Shown: positions 50,046 to 61,271, numbered from the stretch's first letter. The stretch is 64,000 bases of DNA from Alphaproteobacteria bacterium (GCA_964291265.2 OZ219747.1:448001-512000); one strand, 5' to 3'. A program made the numbers and translations. Notes: generated by a model not told the origin, from the letters alone.

Positions 50046-50342
50046 ACCGCATCTACCTGGTGCCCGCCAAGTACATTGAAGCCGTCCCCAACCGATCGTC
50101 GTAGGCGTTCGGTCACAGGGTCACGATGATGAGGGTGACAGTGACAACCACGCATGGCTCCGGGACTCGCCTGCGTTCGCTCAGTGCTGTCATCGCCCCA
50201 ATCACCGGGTGAACGAACGCTCACAAGCGGGTTTGGACGGAGGCCGCGCCGCCCCGGTGTCAACATGCGGCAACACCAACAGGTTGACTTCCTGTTGCCA
50301 TGATCATCAGCATCCGGAAGAAGGATCCTGGAGGGTGCCGTC

Positions 50343-52052
50343 ATGATCGAAGGAAGCATGCACGCCGGGCGCAGCGAGGCGCGCGGAAGGAAGGGCGCGG
50401 TCTCGGCCGGACACAGGGATGCCGTCGGAGCCGCCCTGTCGCTCCTGGAGGACGGAGGCAATGCCTTCGATGCCATCACCGGTGCGGCCTTTGCGAGTTT
50501 TGTCGTCGAACCGGCCCAGTGCGGACTCGGTGGCTACGCGCGCCTTGCCGGCTTCGATGCCCGGGCGGGACGCATGGTCTCGGTCGACGGCTACCTGAGG
50601 GCGCCCGCCGCTGCCCGAGAGGACATGTTCGAGATCGACGACTCGCGGGGACTCAAGTACTACGAAACGCCATGGACCAAGGACCTGAAGGGCGAGAAGG
50701 GACATCTCGCGGCAGGCGTTCCGGGTGCCGTTGCCGCGATGTGGGAAGTCCACCGACGCCGGGGGCGCCTCGACTGGGCCCGCGTCCTGGAGCCCTCGAT
50801 CCAGTTGGCCGAACGCGGTCTCACCATGACCTGGAACCAGCTGCTCCACGTCTGCGAGGTCCACCCGCTCGTTCGCCGCCATCCGCCGATGCACCGCCAC
50901 CTCTGCCCCGGCGGCGAGCTGCCCCGTATCAACGGCCAGTTCGGCGGCGCCACGGTCCTCGACCTCTCCGAACTCGCGCGCACCTTGCGCCTTATCGCCG
51001 ATGAAGGTCCTTGCGGCTTCTACGAGGGCCGGGTCGCGGAGCTCATAGACCAGGAAATGAGGCGTGGCGGCGGTATCCTGACCGCCGGGGATCTCGCGTC
51101 CTACCAGCCGAAGGTCCTCGAGGAAACACCCCTTGCCTTCCACGGGCTGGATTGCATCACCGGCTTCTGCCCGACCTCCGCCGAATTCCTGAACCTCCTC
51201 GGAACGTTCGATCTCCGTTCGACCACGGGCGCCGCCGCGCACCACCTGATGGCCGAGTGCATGCTCACGGCCTTCACCGACTCCATCCACTGGTACGGCG
51301 ATCCGGATTTCGAGGATGTTCCTGTCGCCGCCCTTTCGTCAGCCGAGTTCGCCAGGAGGCGCGCCGGGGTGATCGATCCGCTAAGGGCCATGCCGCGACC
51401 GCCGCAACCGGCCACGGCCGGCGACCTTGCGGTCTCCAGCCACGCAGCGCCGCCGCAGTCCCTTGAAACGACTCCGTGGGCGCCGAAACTCGGAGGAACG
51501 ACCCAGGTCGCCGTCACCGACAGGGAGGGGAACATGGCGGCCCTGTGCATCAGCCTTTCGGATGCCCATGGCTCCCTCGTCTACTGCCCCGGTACCGGCG
51601 TGGTGCTCAACAACGGCATGCAGAACTTCGACCCCCGGCCAGGACGGCCGAACTCCATCAAGCCCGGCAAGATGCCGATCTTCGCGGCCCCCGTTCTCGT
51701 CGCCACACACGAGGGCCAGCCCGTCTTCGCAGCCGCCGGTTCCGGCGGCTACCGCATTCTCACCGGCGTCATGCACACCTTTGTCAACTGGGCCGTTCAC
51801 GGCATGGACCTCAAGCGAGCCATCGAGGCGCCCAGGGTGCACTGCCAGAGCCGCGAAACATTCGTCGACGAGCGCCTCCCCGCCGCCGTCATCGACGAGC
51901 TCGCCGCCTTGGGGCACGACATCCGCCTCCAGCGCGACGCCCCCGGACTCAACGCCTTCGCCCGCGTCGCTGCCGTGACGAGGGATCCCGCGGGAGGCCT
52001 CCTCACAGGCGCCGCTTGGCCCCCCTGGATCAACGATACCGCTGTTCTGTGA
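50343..52052 (+). CDS. Gamma-glutamyltransferase family protein
   Basis: GGNAFDA, GLGG, GVPGAV, GTTQVAVTD (Thr nucleophile), LNNGM.NF and GSGG. Confidence 0.9.
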   Translation: MIEGSMHAGRSEARGRKGAVSAGHRDAVGAALSLLEDGGNAFDAITGAAFASFVVEPAQCGLGGYARLAGFDARAGRMVSVDGYLRAPAAAREDMFEIDDSRGLKYYETPWTKDLKGEKGHLAAGVPGAVAAMWEVHRRRGRLDWARVLEPSIQLAERGLTMTWNQLLHVCEVHPLVRRHPPMHRHLCPGGELPRINGQFGGATVLDLSELARTLRLIADEGPCGFYEGRVAELIDQEMRRGGGILTAGDLASYQPKVLEETPLAFHGLDCITGFCPTSAEFLNLLGTFDLRSTTGAAAHHLMAECMLTAFTDSIHWYGDPDFEDVPVAALSSAEFARRRAGVIDPLRAMPRPPQPATAGDLAVSSHAAPPQSLETTPWAPKLGGTTQVAVTDREGNMAALCISLSDAHGSLVYCPGTGVVLNNGMQNFDPRPGRPNSIKPGKMPIFAAPVLVATHEGQPVFAAAGSGGYRILTGVMHTFVNWAVHGMDLKRAIEAPRVHCQSRETFVDERLPAAVIDELAALGHDIRLQRDAPGLNAFARVAAVTRDPAGGLLTGAAWPPWINDTAVL

Positions 52053-52323
52053 TCAGCGTCCGTGGCGGCGTTGAAGACCGCTCTCCTCGGGTCATCAGGA
52101 GCTTCTTCTCCTCGCTGCAGTTCTCCGGATGGCTGCCGATCGTCAGCTCGTCATCGCTCGTGCAAGGTCGACCGGTCCTGGTGCATGCCCTTGCCGATCA
52201 ACTGCCTGACGATCCCGATGATCTAACGGATGGCGCACGAACGGGTGCTCTCCGTGATCCGTGCATCGCCGGAAACCAGGCCCGCCCGCCTTGCTGATCG
52301 CAAGGACGTGCGGGCCGGGAAGA

Positions 52324-53910
52324 TCAGGCTTTCTTGAACAGCTTCCAGAGCATGCGCCCGTCGGGCGTGAGCGCGGGAACGATGGTGTTGCGGTAGATGG
52401 TCGGCTCGAACTCATGGGTGATGAACCGGTAGCAGCCGGACTCTTCCATCATGTCCTGCATGGTCCGGTACATGCCGTCACGCCGGGCGGGATCCATGGT
52501 GACGAGTGCCTCGGCATGAAGGGCGCCGAATTCCGGGTTGTTGAACCGCTCCCAGTTCCACACCCCGACCTGCTGAGGCGTGAACCACATGGTGTACCAT
52601 CCCGGATCGGGCTGGGAGGAGAAACGGGAATAGATGATCTGAAGTGACTTCCAGTCCTCTCCGGAACTCTCGTCCCCCATGGTCCACCAGACACCGGGAT
52701 CGTGGACGTTGATCTCGGTCTCAATGCCGATGTCGGCGAGGTTGGCCTGGATCACCTGACAGGCCGCCGTGTAGGCCGCCTTGTTGAGGGTGTCGATCCG
52801 GCACGAGAACCCGGATCCGAGCCCCGCTTCCTCGAGCTGCTGGCGGGCATACTCCTGATTGCCCTCATAGGGAACGAGCGGTTCGGGGCGGTGGCCGACA
52901 AGGCCCGGCGGGACGATGCCCGTGGCAGGCTCCGCCAGCCCGAAATACGCCGCTTCGAGGATCTGGTTGACATTCACCGCATTCTGGATCGCGCGGCGCA
53001 CCCGGATGTCGCCCATCGCCGCGTTGTCCCGGTTGATTCCCATCCAGACGTACTTGAGCGAGGGATGCTGCACCAGAGAGGCGTCCTCGGGCAGGTCCTC
53101 CAGGAGCGTCGGCACCGAGGTGATCGGCACGCGGGTGATGTCGAGATCACCGGCGAGGAAGCCGACCTCGGCGGCCTGCTCGTCGACGATGGGATAGATC
53201 TCGATGGTGGTGAAGTCCGGATGGGCATGGGGTCCCGCGTAATCCTCCCGCGCCGACAGGGTGAGCTTCTGGGACGGCTGCCAGTCCGTGATCTCGTAGG
53301 CGCCGGACACGGCCGGCGGTTCCGCCTCGTAGCGCTTGCCGTCAAGGGCCTCGACAGCCGCCTTGCAGACGATCAAGCCGCGTCCCGCCGGCATGGTCGT
53401 CGTCCACAGGGGCGCGTAGGGTTCCTTGAGCACGATCGTTCCACTGCGATCGTCGTGGATGTCGACATGGTCAAGGGCACTCCAGTCCTCGGCATAAGGC
53501 GATCCCATCTCGGGATCCGCGATCCTTTCGTAGGAGTACTTGACGTCCTCGGCCGTCATGGCGCCGAAGCCGTTGGTCCAGCCGATGTCATTCCGCAGGG
53601 CAAAGTTGACGTGGGTGTCATCCACCTGCTCGATTTCGGCTGCGGCTTCCTTTTCCCAGCCCCACCGGTCGCCCGCGGATACCGTGACGAGACCGTGGAG
53701 CAGGCAGGAGTTCACGTCCGACTCAGGAGCCGACAGGATGTAGCCGGGGTCGAGGACCTGGATGTCCGAGTAGTTCCTCGTCCTCAGGGTATCGCCCGCT
53801 TCCTGGGCCCGAACGGAAGCGCCGGCCATGGCCAGCGTGCTTCCGGCCACGCCGGCGGCCGATGTTTCCATGAAACGGCGACGGGACAGTTTCAACCGAT
53901 CGTCGGGCAT
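52324..53910 (-). CDS. Peptide/nickel-type (family 5) ABC substrate-binding protein, Tat-exported, orphan
   Basis: LSRRRFM signal, TAEDVKYSYERI, SGAY.I..W and D.RVRRAI. Confidence 0.88.
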   Translation of the reverse strand: MPDDRLKLSRRRFMETSAAGVAGSTLAMAGASVRAQEAGDTLRTRNYSDIQVLDPGYILSAPESDVNSCLLHGLVTVSAGDRWGWEKEAAAEIEQVDDTHVNFALRNDIGWTNGFGAMTAEDVKYSYERIADPEMGSPYAEDWSALDHVDIHDDRSGTIVLKEPYAPLWTTTMPAGRGLIVCKAAVEALDGKRYEAEPPAVSGAYEITDWQPSQKLTLSAREDYAGPHAHPDFTTIEIYPIVDEQAAEVGFLAGDLDITRVPITSVPTLLEDLPEDASLVQHPSLKYVWMGINRDNAAMGDIRVRRAIQNAVNVNQILEAAYFGLAEPATGIVPPGLVGHRPEPLVPYEGNQEYARQQLEEAGLGSGFSCRIDTLNKAAYTAACQVIQANLADIGIETEINVHDPGVWWTMGDESSGEDWKSLQIIYSRFSSQPDPGWYTMWFTPQQVGVWNWERFNNPEFGALHAEALVTMDPARRDGMYRTMQDMMEESGCYRFITHEFEPTIYRNTIVPALTPDGRMLWKLFKKA

Positions 53911-54056
53911 GTCCTCCTCCCTCTCTGAGCGTTGGCAGACAGTGTCCCAGTGTGATGCAGTCCGACAGGCCTTGTCCAGTGTCCATTCCGTTGACGCCGG
54001 CGCCTCCATGGGCTGATAGTTTCCGGCAGGAACGTGATTCCAGGGGAGAAGAGACC

Positions 54057-54500
54057 ATGTTCAACCAGCCGCGCTCTCAAGGGATTCGCCGGTGCAGGCG
54101 CCTCGGCCGTCCTGCTTCCGGGCGCGGTTCGTGCAGAGGAGATGACGGTGCTGCGCGCCCGCACACTGACCGATCTCAAGCGTTCGGTCACGCGGTGATT
54201 GTCACCGGTTGAGGATGCCCCCACGTTGCACCGGGCGCGGAGTCGCGGTGCATGACCGCTTTCATCCCCTGGCCGGGCAATGGGCATCGCCTTCGAGGAT
54301 GGCGATCTCGATTTCCGCGGCACCATCGGGATCGACCGTGGCACGCCCGTGGGATTCAGATCCATTCGCCCGGGCTTCACCCTCGATACGGATGCCGATG
54401 ACGACGCTCTGGACCGCTTGATGAAGCTGACCGTGCGCTTGCGTCATCTTCCAGACCCTGACATCGCTGCCCGCCATCGAGGTCTCGCACGCCTCAAGGC
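54057..54500 (+). pseudogene. OsmC-like protein, frameshifted
   Basis: DLDFRGTIGIDRGTPVGFRSIR..FTLDTDA...LDRLMKLT. Confidence 0.65.
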
Positions 54501-54595
54501 CTGCCGGATGACAGTCCCCCGGTCACGCTCTCCCGCCGGTCGACGTGACGCCGCCGAAGGCTCTCCGCCAGCACGAAAGGGACGATCCCGGCGCG

Positions 54596-55468
54596 TCACG
54601 TCGCGAACGATCGACCGACAACACTTTCCTGATCCTCGAAAATCGAGTCGGAACCGGGGATTCTGGGGACGGGTGATCGCACGGGAAGAGCTTCCTGGCG
54701 AGGCTCGAGAGTCGGTTCGCCCCTGAGGATACGGCTGTCGAATTCGGCGAGATCGAACGGTCCCGCACTGGCCAGCGGCCAGGCATCGACCGCCATGTAG
54801 CACATGAGGAGCAGGCGGCGGTCGCGGCGCAACCGGTTCTCCAGGGACCCGTGCAGCGTGCGCACGTGGTGAATCGTGATCGAACCCGCCCTTCCGGTGA
54901 GGGGCACCGCGTCTTCGCGAAGCGCGCCGAGTTCACCGGCCCTGCAACTTCCCACGAAGAAGCCCTCGTGGTGGTGATCGAGGACCGGCCCCCTGTGGCT
55001 CCCCGGAATCACCATCAACGGTCCGTTCTCCAGGGTGCAGTCCCCGAGATGGAGGCCGACAGCGAGCAGGTCGTCGTTCGTGTGGGGGTAGAAGGCCCAG
55101 TCCTGGTGCCAGTCGATCGCCGCCTGACCACCCCTGGACTTGATGTTCATCTTGGAGTGGTCGAACCGGACGCCCGGGCCGACGAGGCACTCGACGATGT
55201 CGAGCAGACACTCCTTGCGGGCAGCGCGGGCATAGACATCATCGAGGGCAACCGGATTCTTGATGCGCCGCACCACCGGGCGTTCCGCCGTGTGATGCGG
55301 CGCCAGATCGAAGAGGGAATCGCTTGCTGCAATCTCCCGCGAGCGCTCGACGTAGCTGTCCGTCACACGGTTGAGTTCGGCGACTTCGGTCCTGTCGAAG
55401 ACATCCTCGACAAGAAGATAGCCTTCGCGACGATAGAACCGTACCTGTTCGGGCGTCAACACGGGCAT
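54596..55468 (-). CDS. Phytanoyl-CoA dioxygenase (PhyH) family protein
   Basis: FYRREGYL, WHQDWAFYPH, ENGPLMVIPGSH and HVRTLHGS. Confidence 0.9.
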   Translation of the reverse strand: MPVLTPEQVRFYRREGYLLVEDVFDRTEVAELNRVTDSYVERSREIAASDSLFDLAPHHTAERPVVRRIKNPVALDDVYARAARKECLLDIVECLVGPGVRFDHSKMNIKSRGGQAAIDWHQDWAFYPHTNDDLLAVGLHLGDCTLENGPLMVIPGSHRGPVLDHHHEGFFVGSCRAGELGALREDAVPLTGRAGSITIHHVRTLHGSLENRLRRDRRLLLMCYMAVDAWPLASAGPFDLAEFDSRILRGEPTLEPRQEALPVRSPVPRIPGSDSIFEDQESVVGRSFAT

Positions 55469-55715
55469 CCTCCTGCCATCGGCCACGGCCCATGCGCAGG
55501 CGAAGGGCGCCCGCACGCTCGGTGCCGCCGCCCCGGCGGCCGGTTCGCAAGGCAGCCGGACTGGAAGATGTGCGGGGTCGCGATCCCCGGTCCGCAATGC
55601 GCGTTGGCTGGGCGAACTGTCATCTCGCGCCTGTTCCCACTTGCCGCCCCGGCCTCGAACGAAAACGGCCCGGCAGGAGCCGGGCCGTCTGACGTGCACC
55701 CTGGCTCAGCGCCGT

Positions 55716-56486
55716 TCACTCGCTGCGGGCGACACCGAGCAGCTGGATGAGCATGACGAAGAGGTTGATGAAGTCGAGGTAGAGCCTCAGGGCCCCGTGA
55801 ATGGCCGACTTCGTCATCACCGCCCCGCTCATGTGGACGTCATAGCTCTCCTTGATGCGCTGCGTGTCGTAGGCCGTCAGGCCGACGAACACGATGACGC
55901 CGATGGCCGAGATGGCGAACTGGAGGGCGGAACTCTGCAGGAAGATGTTCACCACCATGGCGATGATGACGCCGATCAGGCCCATGAAGAGGAACGAACC
56001 CCATGCCGCCAGGGACCGCTTGGTGGTGTAGCCATAGAGGCTCATGGCGCCGAAGGTCACCGCCGTGATGAAGAAGACACGGGCGATGCTCTCCTGCGTG
56101 AAGGCCATGAATATCGTGGCCAGCGAGAGTCCCATCAGGGCCGCGAAGATCCAGAACACCATCTGAGCGGAGGATGGCGACATCCTGTGAAGACGGAAGG
56201 AGAACAGGAAGACGAGGCCAAGGGGTGCCAGCATGACCACCCACTGGAGAGGCGAGCCGAACAGAAGGGCGCCCAGCGGGGTGAATCCGATGATGGCGCC
56301 CTGCGGGTTGGTGACAACCGACAGCTGCGCCGTGCCAAAGGCGATGATGCCCGTGATGGCAAGCGCCACACCCATGTAGTTGTAGACGCGCAGCATGTAG
56401 CTGCGCAGACCCTCGTCATAGAGGGGCGTTGTCCGGGTGAACGCAGCAGCGCCGGGTCCTGCGTTGCCGAAAGCCATGTTCTTCAT
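55716..56486 (-). CDS. Bax inhibitor-1/YccA family membrane protein
   Basis: DEGLRSYMLRVYNYM, TAYDTQRIK and ALRLYLDFINLF. Confidence 0.93.
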   Translation of the reverse strand: MKNMAFGNAGPGAAAFTRTTPLYDEGLRSYMLRVYNYMGVALAITGIIAFGTAQLSVVTNPQGAIIGFTPLGALLFGSPLQWVVMLAPLGLVFLFSFRLHRMSPSSAQMVFWIFAALMGLSLATIFMAFTQESIARVFFITAVTFGAMSLYGYTTKRSLAAWGSFLFMGLIGVIIAMVVNIFLQSSALQFAISAIGVIVFVGLTAYDTQRIKESYDVHMSGAVMTKSAIHGALRLYLDFINLFVMLIQLLGVARSE

Positions 56487-56593
56487 CCCTGTTTGTGTCG
56501 TTCGGAAGGTATGCCGAGCGTCATGCCCGGTTTCACTGTTACTTATGTGTGATCCGGGGGCGAACCGTCAAGTCCACATGGCAGCGCTCCCGG

Positions 56594-59086
56594 TCAGGCA
56601 TTGCGCAGGACCGGAGCTGCCGGAGCCGAAAGCAGGGTCCATCCCGTCACGATGCCGGCGGCGAGCGATACGCCAAGGGCGAGGAACAGGAGGGCAAGCG
56701 TCGCTGACCACGGCATGATCCAGGCGAGATCAAGCGCAAGGGTCACGATCGCCCAGGATGCCGCGGTACCCACCACCAGCGCCGGAAGGGCGACCGCGAT
56801 TCCGAGAAGCGCGTGTTCGAGGGTGAAGACGGACAGCACCAGCAGCCTCGTGGCGCCCAGGACCTTGAGAATGGCCGCCTCTCCACGGCGGCGCCCCTGT
56901 GCAGCCACGACCGTCTCGGCGATGACGATCAATCCGCTGGCGAAGGCCACGAGGGCGATGACGCGGACGACCGAATCGACGCTTTCCAGAATGGCGCGAA
57001 TGTCCTCGATGACATGGCGCACACTGATGATGGAGATGTTGGGAAACATCCGGACAAGGTCCCGGCGCAGTGGATTCTCGGCCTCGACATCTGCATGAAG
57101 GGTCGCGATGTGGGTGTGCGGGGCCGCTTCGAGCAGGCCGGGCGAGAACACGAGGACAAAGTTCAGTCCGGCGGATGCCCAGTCGATGTGACGCAGGTTT
57201 GCGATCCGCGCCGTGATCTCCCTGCCGAGCACGTTGACGGTCAGGGTATCGCCGACATCGACGTGATAGCCGGCGGCAAGTTCGGCATCGAAGGACAGAA
57301 GCGGCGGCCCGGCATGATCTTCTTCCCACCATTGGCCGGCGACGACGGTGGCGTTCCCCGGCGCTCCCCGGAAGGTGACGCCGACATCGGAACTGATGGA
57401 CCACCGGGCATCGTCCTCAACCCTTGCCTCGGCCACCGGTACGCCGTTGATCGCGGTCACCCGGCCGCGCATGGCGGGGGAGGATTCGACCTCCGTGACA
57501 TCCCGGCGGGCCGTCACCGTGTCGATGAACGGATCGATCTGATCGGACTGGAGGTCGATGACGAAGAAGGCCGGGACCTTGCGGGAGGAGGCGACATCGA
57601 GTTCCCTTGCAAGATTCGCCTCGACACCGGCGATGACCGCGAGAACGGCAAGCCCGGTTCCGAGCGCCACGGACACAGGAACCGTCCCTGCTCCCGGACG
57701 ATGGAGATTGGCCAGCGCCAGACGCAGGACCACGGGGCGCGGCCTGCCAGCGAACCGCGCCAGACGGGACAGTCCCTGACCGACGAGACGGAACAGCACG
57801 AGAACGGCAAGAATGGCGGCACAAAACACGACAGCGAAAAGACGCTCGTTGCCGGCAACGATGGCAATCGCCGCCACGCCTGCAGCCAGAAGAGCGACCG
57901 TCAGCCTGTCGCGCGTGCGCAGCCTCGTGCCGGGAAGCCCGGCGACACGAAACAGGCTGGCCGGGGAGATCTCCCTCGTGCGCAGGAGCGGCGGCAGCGC
58001 GAAGACCAGCGTGACGAGGATGCCGCAGGCCGCGGCAACGAGAAGCGGTCCCGGATGTATGTCCGCAGCGACGGAGACGGGGAGTGCTGCGCCCGCCAGC
58101 CCGGCCGCCAGAATCGGAAGGGTTGCTCCCGCGATCAGTCCGGCGGCGATGCCGAACCCGGCCATGATGGCGATCTCGACGAGATAGCTCGTGAGAACCA
58201 GCCGCTGCGAGGCGCCCAGGGACTTCAGGGTGGCGATGGTCGGCACCTGGCGGGCGAGATAGGTGGTGACGGCGCTGGACATGCCGATACCTCCGATCAG
58301 GAGGGCCGTCAGACCGACCAGGGTGATGAAGAGGGACAGGCGCTCGAGAAACCGGCGCAGCGACGGATTGGCGTCATCGGCACTGCGGATGCGCCAGGTC
58401 GCGTCCGGAAAGGTCCGCTGCAGGTCGGCGATGGCCCCGGTCACATCGCCGGGATCATCGAGCCTGATGCGCACGAGATGGCGCACGAGGCTGCCCGTGC
58501 CGGCGATACCTGCAGAATCCAGCCGGTCCAGTGACAGGATGACTCGCGGACCGAGGCGGAAGGGAGCGCTCGCTCGATCAGGTTCCTCGACAAGAGCCGC
58601 CGCGATGGGAACAACGGCTTCGCCAAGGAAAAACGACGAACCGACGTCGAGACCGGTCGACTCGAGAAAGTCCCTGTCGACGATGGCGCCCTCCGCAAGG
58701 GCATGGTTCAGCGGGATCGGGGGATCGATGAGCGCCTCGCCGTAGAGTGGCCAGCTGTCATCGACGGCCCGCAGGTTCACCAGCAGCGGTTCGCCTTCCG
58801 CCGGTCGCGCCATGGCGAAGAGATCGGCCGACCGCGACAGCGCGCCGTGCGCTTCGAGCCACCGGATCTGCCCGTCGTTCGGCGGTGTGAACGTCGTGCG
58901 CAACGCAATGTCGCCGCCCAGAATGACACGCCCGTTCTCGCGCAGGTTCTCCACGAGACCGGCGCCCAAACTGCCGACGCCCGCGATGGTCGTGACCCCG
59001 AGAGCAAGGGCGAAGACGGCCAGGAGGAACCGCCTCCTGCCGCCCTTCAGATTCCGCCGGGCGATGGTCCAGGCCAGGGTGATCAC
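56594..59086 (-). CDS. YbbP-like FtsX-family ABC permease, 830 aa
   Basis: ILGGDI, EEPDR, IATLKSLGA, FFVIDLQ and NFVLVF. Adjacent to the ATPase and tesA. Confidence 0.88.
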   Translation of the reverse strand: MITLAWTIARRNLKGGRRRFLLAVFALALGVTTIAGVGSLGAGLVENLRENGRVILGGDIALRTTFTPPNDGQIRWLEAHGALSRSADLFAMARPAEGEPLLVNLRAVDDSWPLYGEALIDPPIPLNHALAEGAIVDRDFLESTGLDVGSSFFLGEAVVPIAAALVEEPDRASAPFRLGPRVILSLDRLDSAGIAGTGSLVRHLVRIRLDDPGDVTGAIADLQRTFPDATWRIRSADDANPSLRRFLERLSLFITLVGLTALLIGGIGMSSAVTTYLARQVPTIATLKSLGASQRLVLTSYLVEIAIMAGFGIAAGLIAGATLPILAAGLAGAALPVSVAADIHPGPLLVAAACGILVTLVFALPPLLRTREISPASLFRVAGLPGTRLRTRDRLTVALLAAGVAAIAIVAGNERLFAVVFCAAILAVLVLFRLVGQGLSRLARFAGRPRPVVLRLALANLHRPGAGTVPVSVALGTGLAVLAVIAGVEANLARELDVASSRKVPAFFVIDLQSDQIDPFIDTVTARRDVTEVESSPAMRGRVTAINGVPVAEARVEDDARWSISSDVGVTFRGAPGNATVVAGQWWEEDHAGPPLLSFDAELAAGYHVDVGDTLTVNVLGREITARIANLRHIDWASAGLNFVLVFSPGLLEAAPHTHIATLHADVEAENPLRRDLVRMFPNISIISVRHVIEDIRAILESVDSVVRVIALVAFASGLIVIAETVVAAQGRRRGEAAILKVLGATRLLVLSVFTLEHALLGIAVALPALVVGTAASWAIVTLALDLAWIMPWSATLALLFLALGVSLAAGIVTGWTLLSAPAAPVLRNA

Positions 59087-59760
59087 GCAACCTCCCGGCA
59101 GGTGCCGTTCTCGATGGCGACGGTGCGCCCGCAGCGCCGTGCCATGGCGTGGTCGTGGGTGACCAGCATCACCGTGGCGCCGGCTTGCGCGGCGACGTCG
59201 AACATCAGGTCCGTGACCGCCGCACCGGTCTGGTTGTCGAGATTGCCTGTCGGCTCGTCAGCGAGCAGCAACGGCGGACGGTTGACGAGGGCGCGGGCAA
59301 GGGCCACGCGCTGTTGCTCGCCGCCCGAGAGTTCCACCGGCAGGTGCCCCGACCTCGCCTCCAGCCCGGTCTCTGCAAGCACCCGGCGCGCCTTTCGGTT
59401 GGCATCGGCGTCCGCCGCCAGCTCAAGGGGGAGAGCGACATTCTCGAGAGCCGTCATCGTTGCAATGAGGTGGAAGGACTGGAAGACGATGCCGATCATG
59501 CGTCCGCGGAACGTCGCCAATTCATCCTCGTCGAATGCGGCAAGATTCCGGCCGCTGATCTCGACCGTGCCGGAAGTCGGCCGCTCCAGTCCGGCCGTCA
59601 GCGCCAGGAGAGACGACTTGCCGGACCCCGACGGACCGATGACGGCCACATGGCAGCCCTCCTCGACGACAAGGGAGACATCCCGCAGGATGCTGACGAC
59701 GCCTGCGGCCCCGGTGAGCCTCAGGTGAAGGCTGCTCAGACGGACGACGGGATCGGGCAT
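59083..59760 (-). CDS. YbbA-like ABC ATP-binding protein
   Basis: GPSGSGKS, LSGGEQQRVA and ADEPTGNLD. Confidence 0.9.
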   Translation of the reverse strand: MPDPVVRLSSLHLRLTGAAGVVSILRDVSLVVEEGCHVAVIGPSGSGKSSLLALTAGLERPTSGTVEISGRNLAAFDEDELATFRGRMIGIVFQSFHLIATMTALENVALPLELAADADANRKARRVLAETGLEARSGHLPVELSGGEQQRVALARALVNRPPLLLADEPTGNLDNQTGAAVTDLMFDVAAQAGATVMLVTHDHAMARRCGRTVAIENGTCREVA

Positions 59761-59765
59761 CGCGG

Positions 59766-60407
59766 ATGAGACAGATGAGACAGGTTGGACGCATGGCGGT
59801 CCTGGTCGCGGGACTCCTGGCGAGCGCCCCCGCGGCAAGCGCCGAAGTGCGCATCCTGGCGCTCGGCGACAGTCTGACGGCGGGCTACGGCCTCCCTGCC
59901 GCCGACAGCTTCGTCGCCCGTCTCGGCGTCGCCCTCGAGCGGCTGGACCGCGACGTCAGGATCATCAATGCCGGCGTGTCCGGTGACACCACGACCGGTG
60001 GGCTGGCACGCCTGGAATGGGCCTTTGCCGACGGCGCGGATGCGGCGATCGTGGCCCTGGGTTCCAACGATGCCCTGAGGGGTATCGATCCGGGCATGAG
60101 TCGAGCCAATCTCGACCGGATCCTCTCGCTTCTCGGACAGCGGAACGTACCGGTGCTGCTGGCCGGCATGGCCGCACCACGCAACCTCGGCTCCGATTTC
60201 GTCTCGGCCTTCGATGCCATCTACCCTGAACTCGCCGATCAGCATGGAGCGATTCTCTACCCGTTCTTTCTCGATGGTGTGGCGATGGTCCCGTCACTCA
60301 ACCAGGACGACGGCATCCACCCCAACGCCCGGGGCGTGGAAGTGATTGTCGAGAGAATGGTGCCATATGTGCTCCGGCTTCTCGAACGTGTCATCGCCGG
60401 ACCATGA
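59766..60407 (+). CDS. tesA: Arylesterase/acyl-CoA thioesterase I (SGNH hydrolase)
   Basis: GDSLTAGYG, NAGVSGDTT, GSND and DGIHPN. Divergent from ybbA. Confidence 0.9.
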   Translation: MRQMRQVGRMAVLVAGLLASAPAASAEVRILALGDSLTAGYGLPAADSFVARLGVALERLDRDVRIINAGVSGDTTTGGLARLEWAFADGADAAIVALGSNDALRGIDPGMSRANLDRILSLLGQRNVPVLLAGMAAPRNLGSDFVSAFDAIYPELADQHGAILYPFFLDGVAMVPSLNQDDGIHPNARGVEVIVERMVPYVLRLLERVIAGP

Positions 60408-60946
60408 CGCCGCCTCTCTTCATTGCAGTCGCCGTGCCCTCGACCATTGCCGGGAGACTGGCGGCGCTGGGCGGCGGAATCCCGGGCGGGCGCCAGGTGC
60501 CGGCAGAGAACATGCATATCACGCTGCGCTACCTGGGCGAAATCGACGCCATGCTGGCCGACGAGGTCTGCGAGGCCCTTGTCACGGTCCGCCATTCTCC
60601 CTTCACGCTCAACGTGTCAGGGGTCGGCCTCTTCGGCAAACGGCGCGACCCCCACCTTCTCTATGCCGGAGTCCGTCCGCACGACGACCTGGCGGCGCTG
60701 CGCCACAAGGTGGAGGGCCTGCTGCTTCAGTTGCGCGTTCCGCCGCGGCAACGCAGGTACCATCCGCACATCACCCTCGCCCGTTTCAAGGGCGCCTCGC
60801 CCCGCCGCATGGGCGACTTCGTGGCCGCCAACCACCTGCTTGAATCGCCGCCGTTCGAGATCCGCTCCTTCGCCCTTTTCGAGAGCCATCGGCGCAGCGA
60901 CGGTTCCCGTTACCGCATGATCCGGGACTACTCCCTGGAGCCCTGA
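60404..60946 (+). CDS. thpR: RNA 2',3'-cyclic phosphodiesterase (2H family)
   Basis: Two HxT motifs, HITLRYLG and PHITLAR. Confidence 0.9.
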   Translation: MTPPLFIAVAVPSTIAGRLAALGGGIPGGRQVPAENMHITLRYLGEIDAMLADEVCEALVTVRHSPFTLNVSGVGLFGKRRDPHLLYAGVRPHDDLAALRHKVEGLLLQLRVPPRQRRYHPHITLARFKGASPRRMGDFVAANHLLESPPFEIRSFALFESHRRSDGSRYRMIRDYSLEP

Positions 60947-61184
60947 CCCCGGGGCGGCCGTGCCCGTGACCCGTCGCGACGCGGTTCGGGATAACGCCCC
61001 CCTGTCCGCGGATGCCCCCGGCGATGTTGTCGACGATATGCAAGGCTGGGTCCGACGATCGGTTTTCGGGGTCGGTTTCAGCGCGCGGGCCGCTGCGAGC
61101 GGCGGCAGCCACGGAGGTATCTCCTGAGTGCTTCGTCGATTCCCGGCGCTCGACTGCTCCGCAGTCTGCACGAGGGACCGCAGG

Positions 61185-61271
61185 CAGCCGGCGGAGCTCC
61201 TTGGGCGGAATGACCTGTCCCTTCGCCGAGACGCTAGCGGTGAGCTTGTCGCGCGCAGCCATCGCGGTCAT
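61185..61271 (-). pseudogene. AbrB/MazE-type antitoxin fragment
   Basis: DKLTASVSAKGQVIPPKELRR, then similarity is lost. Confidence 0.55.
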
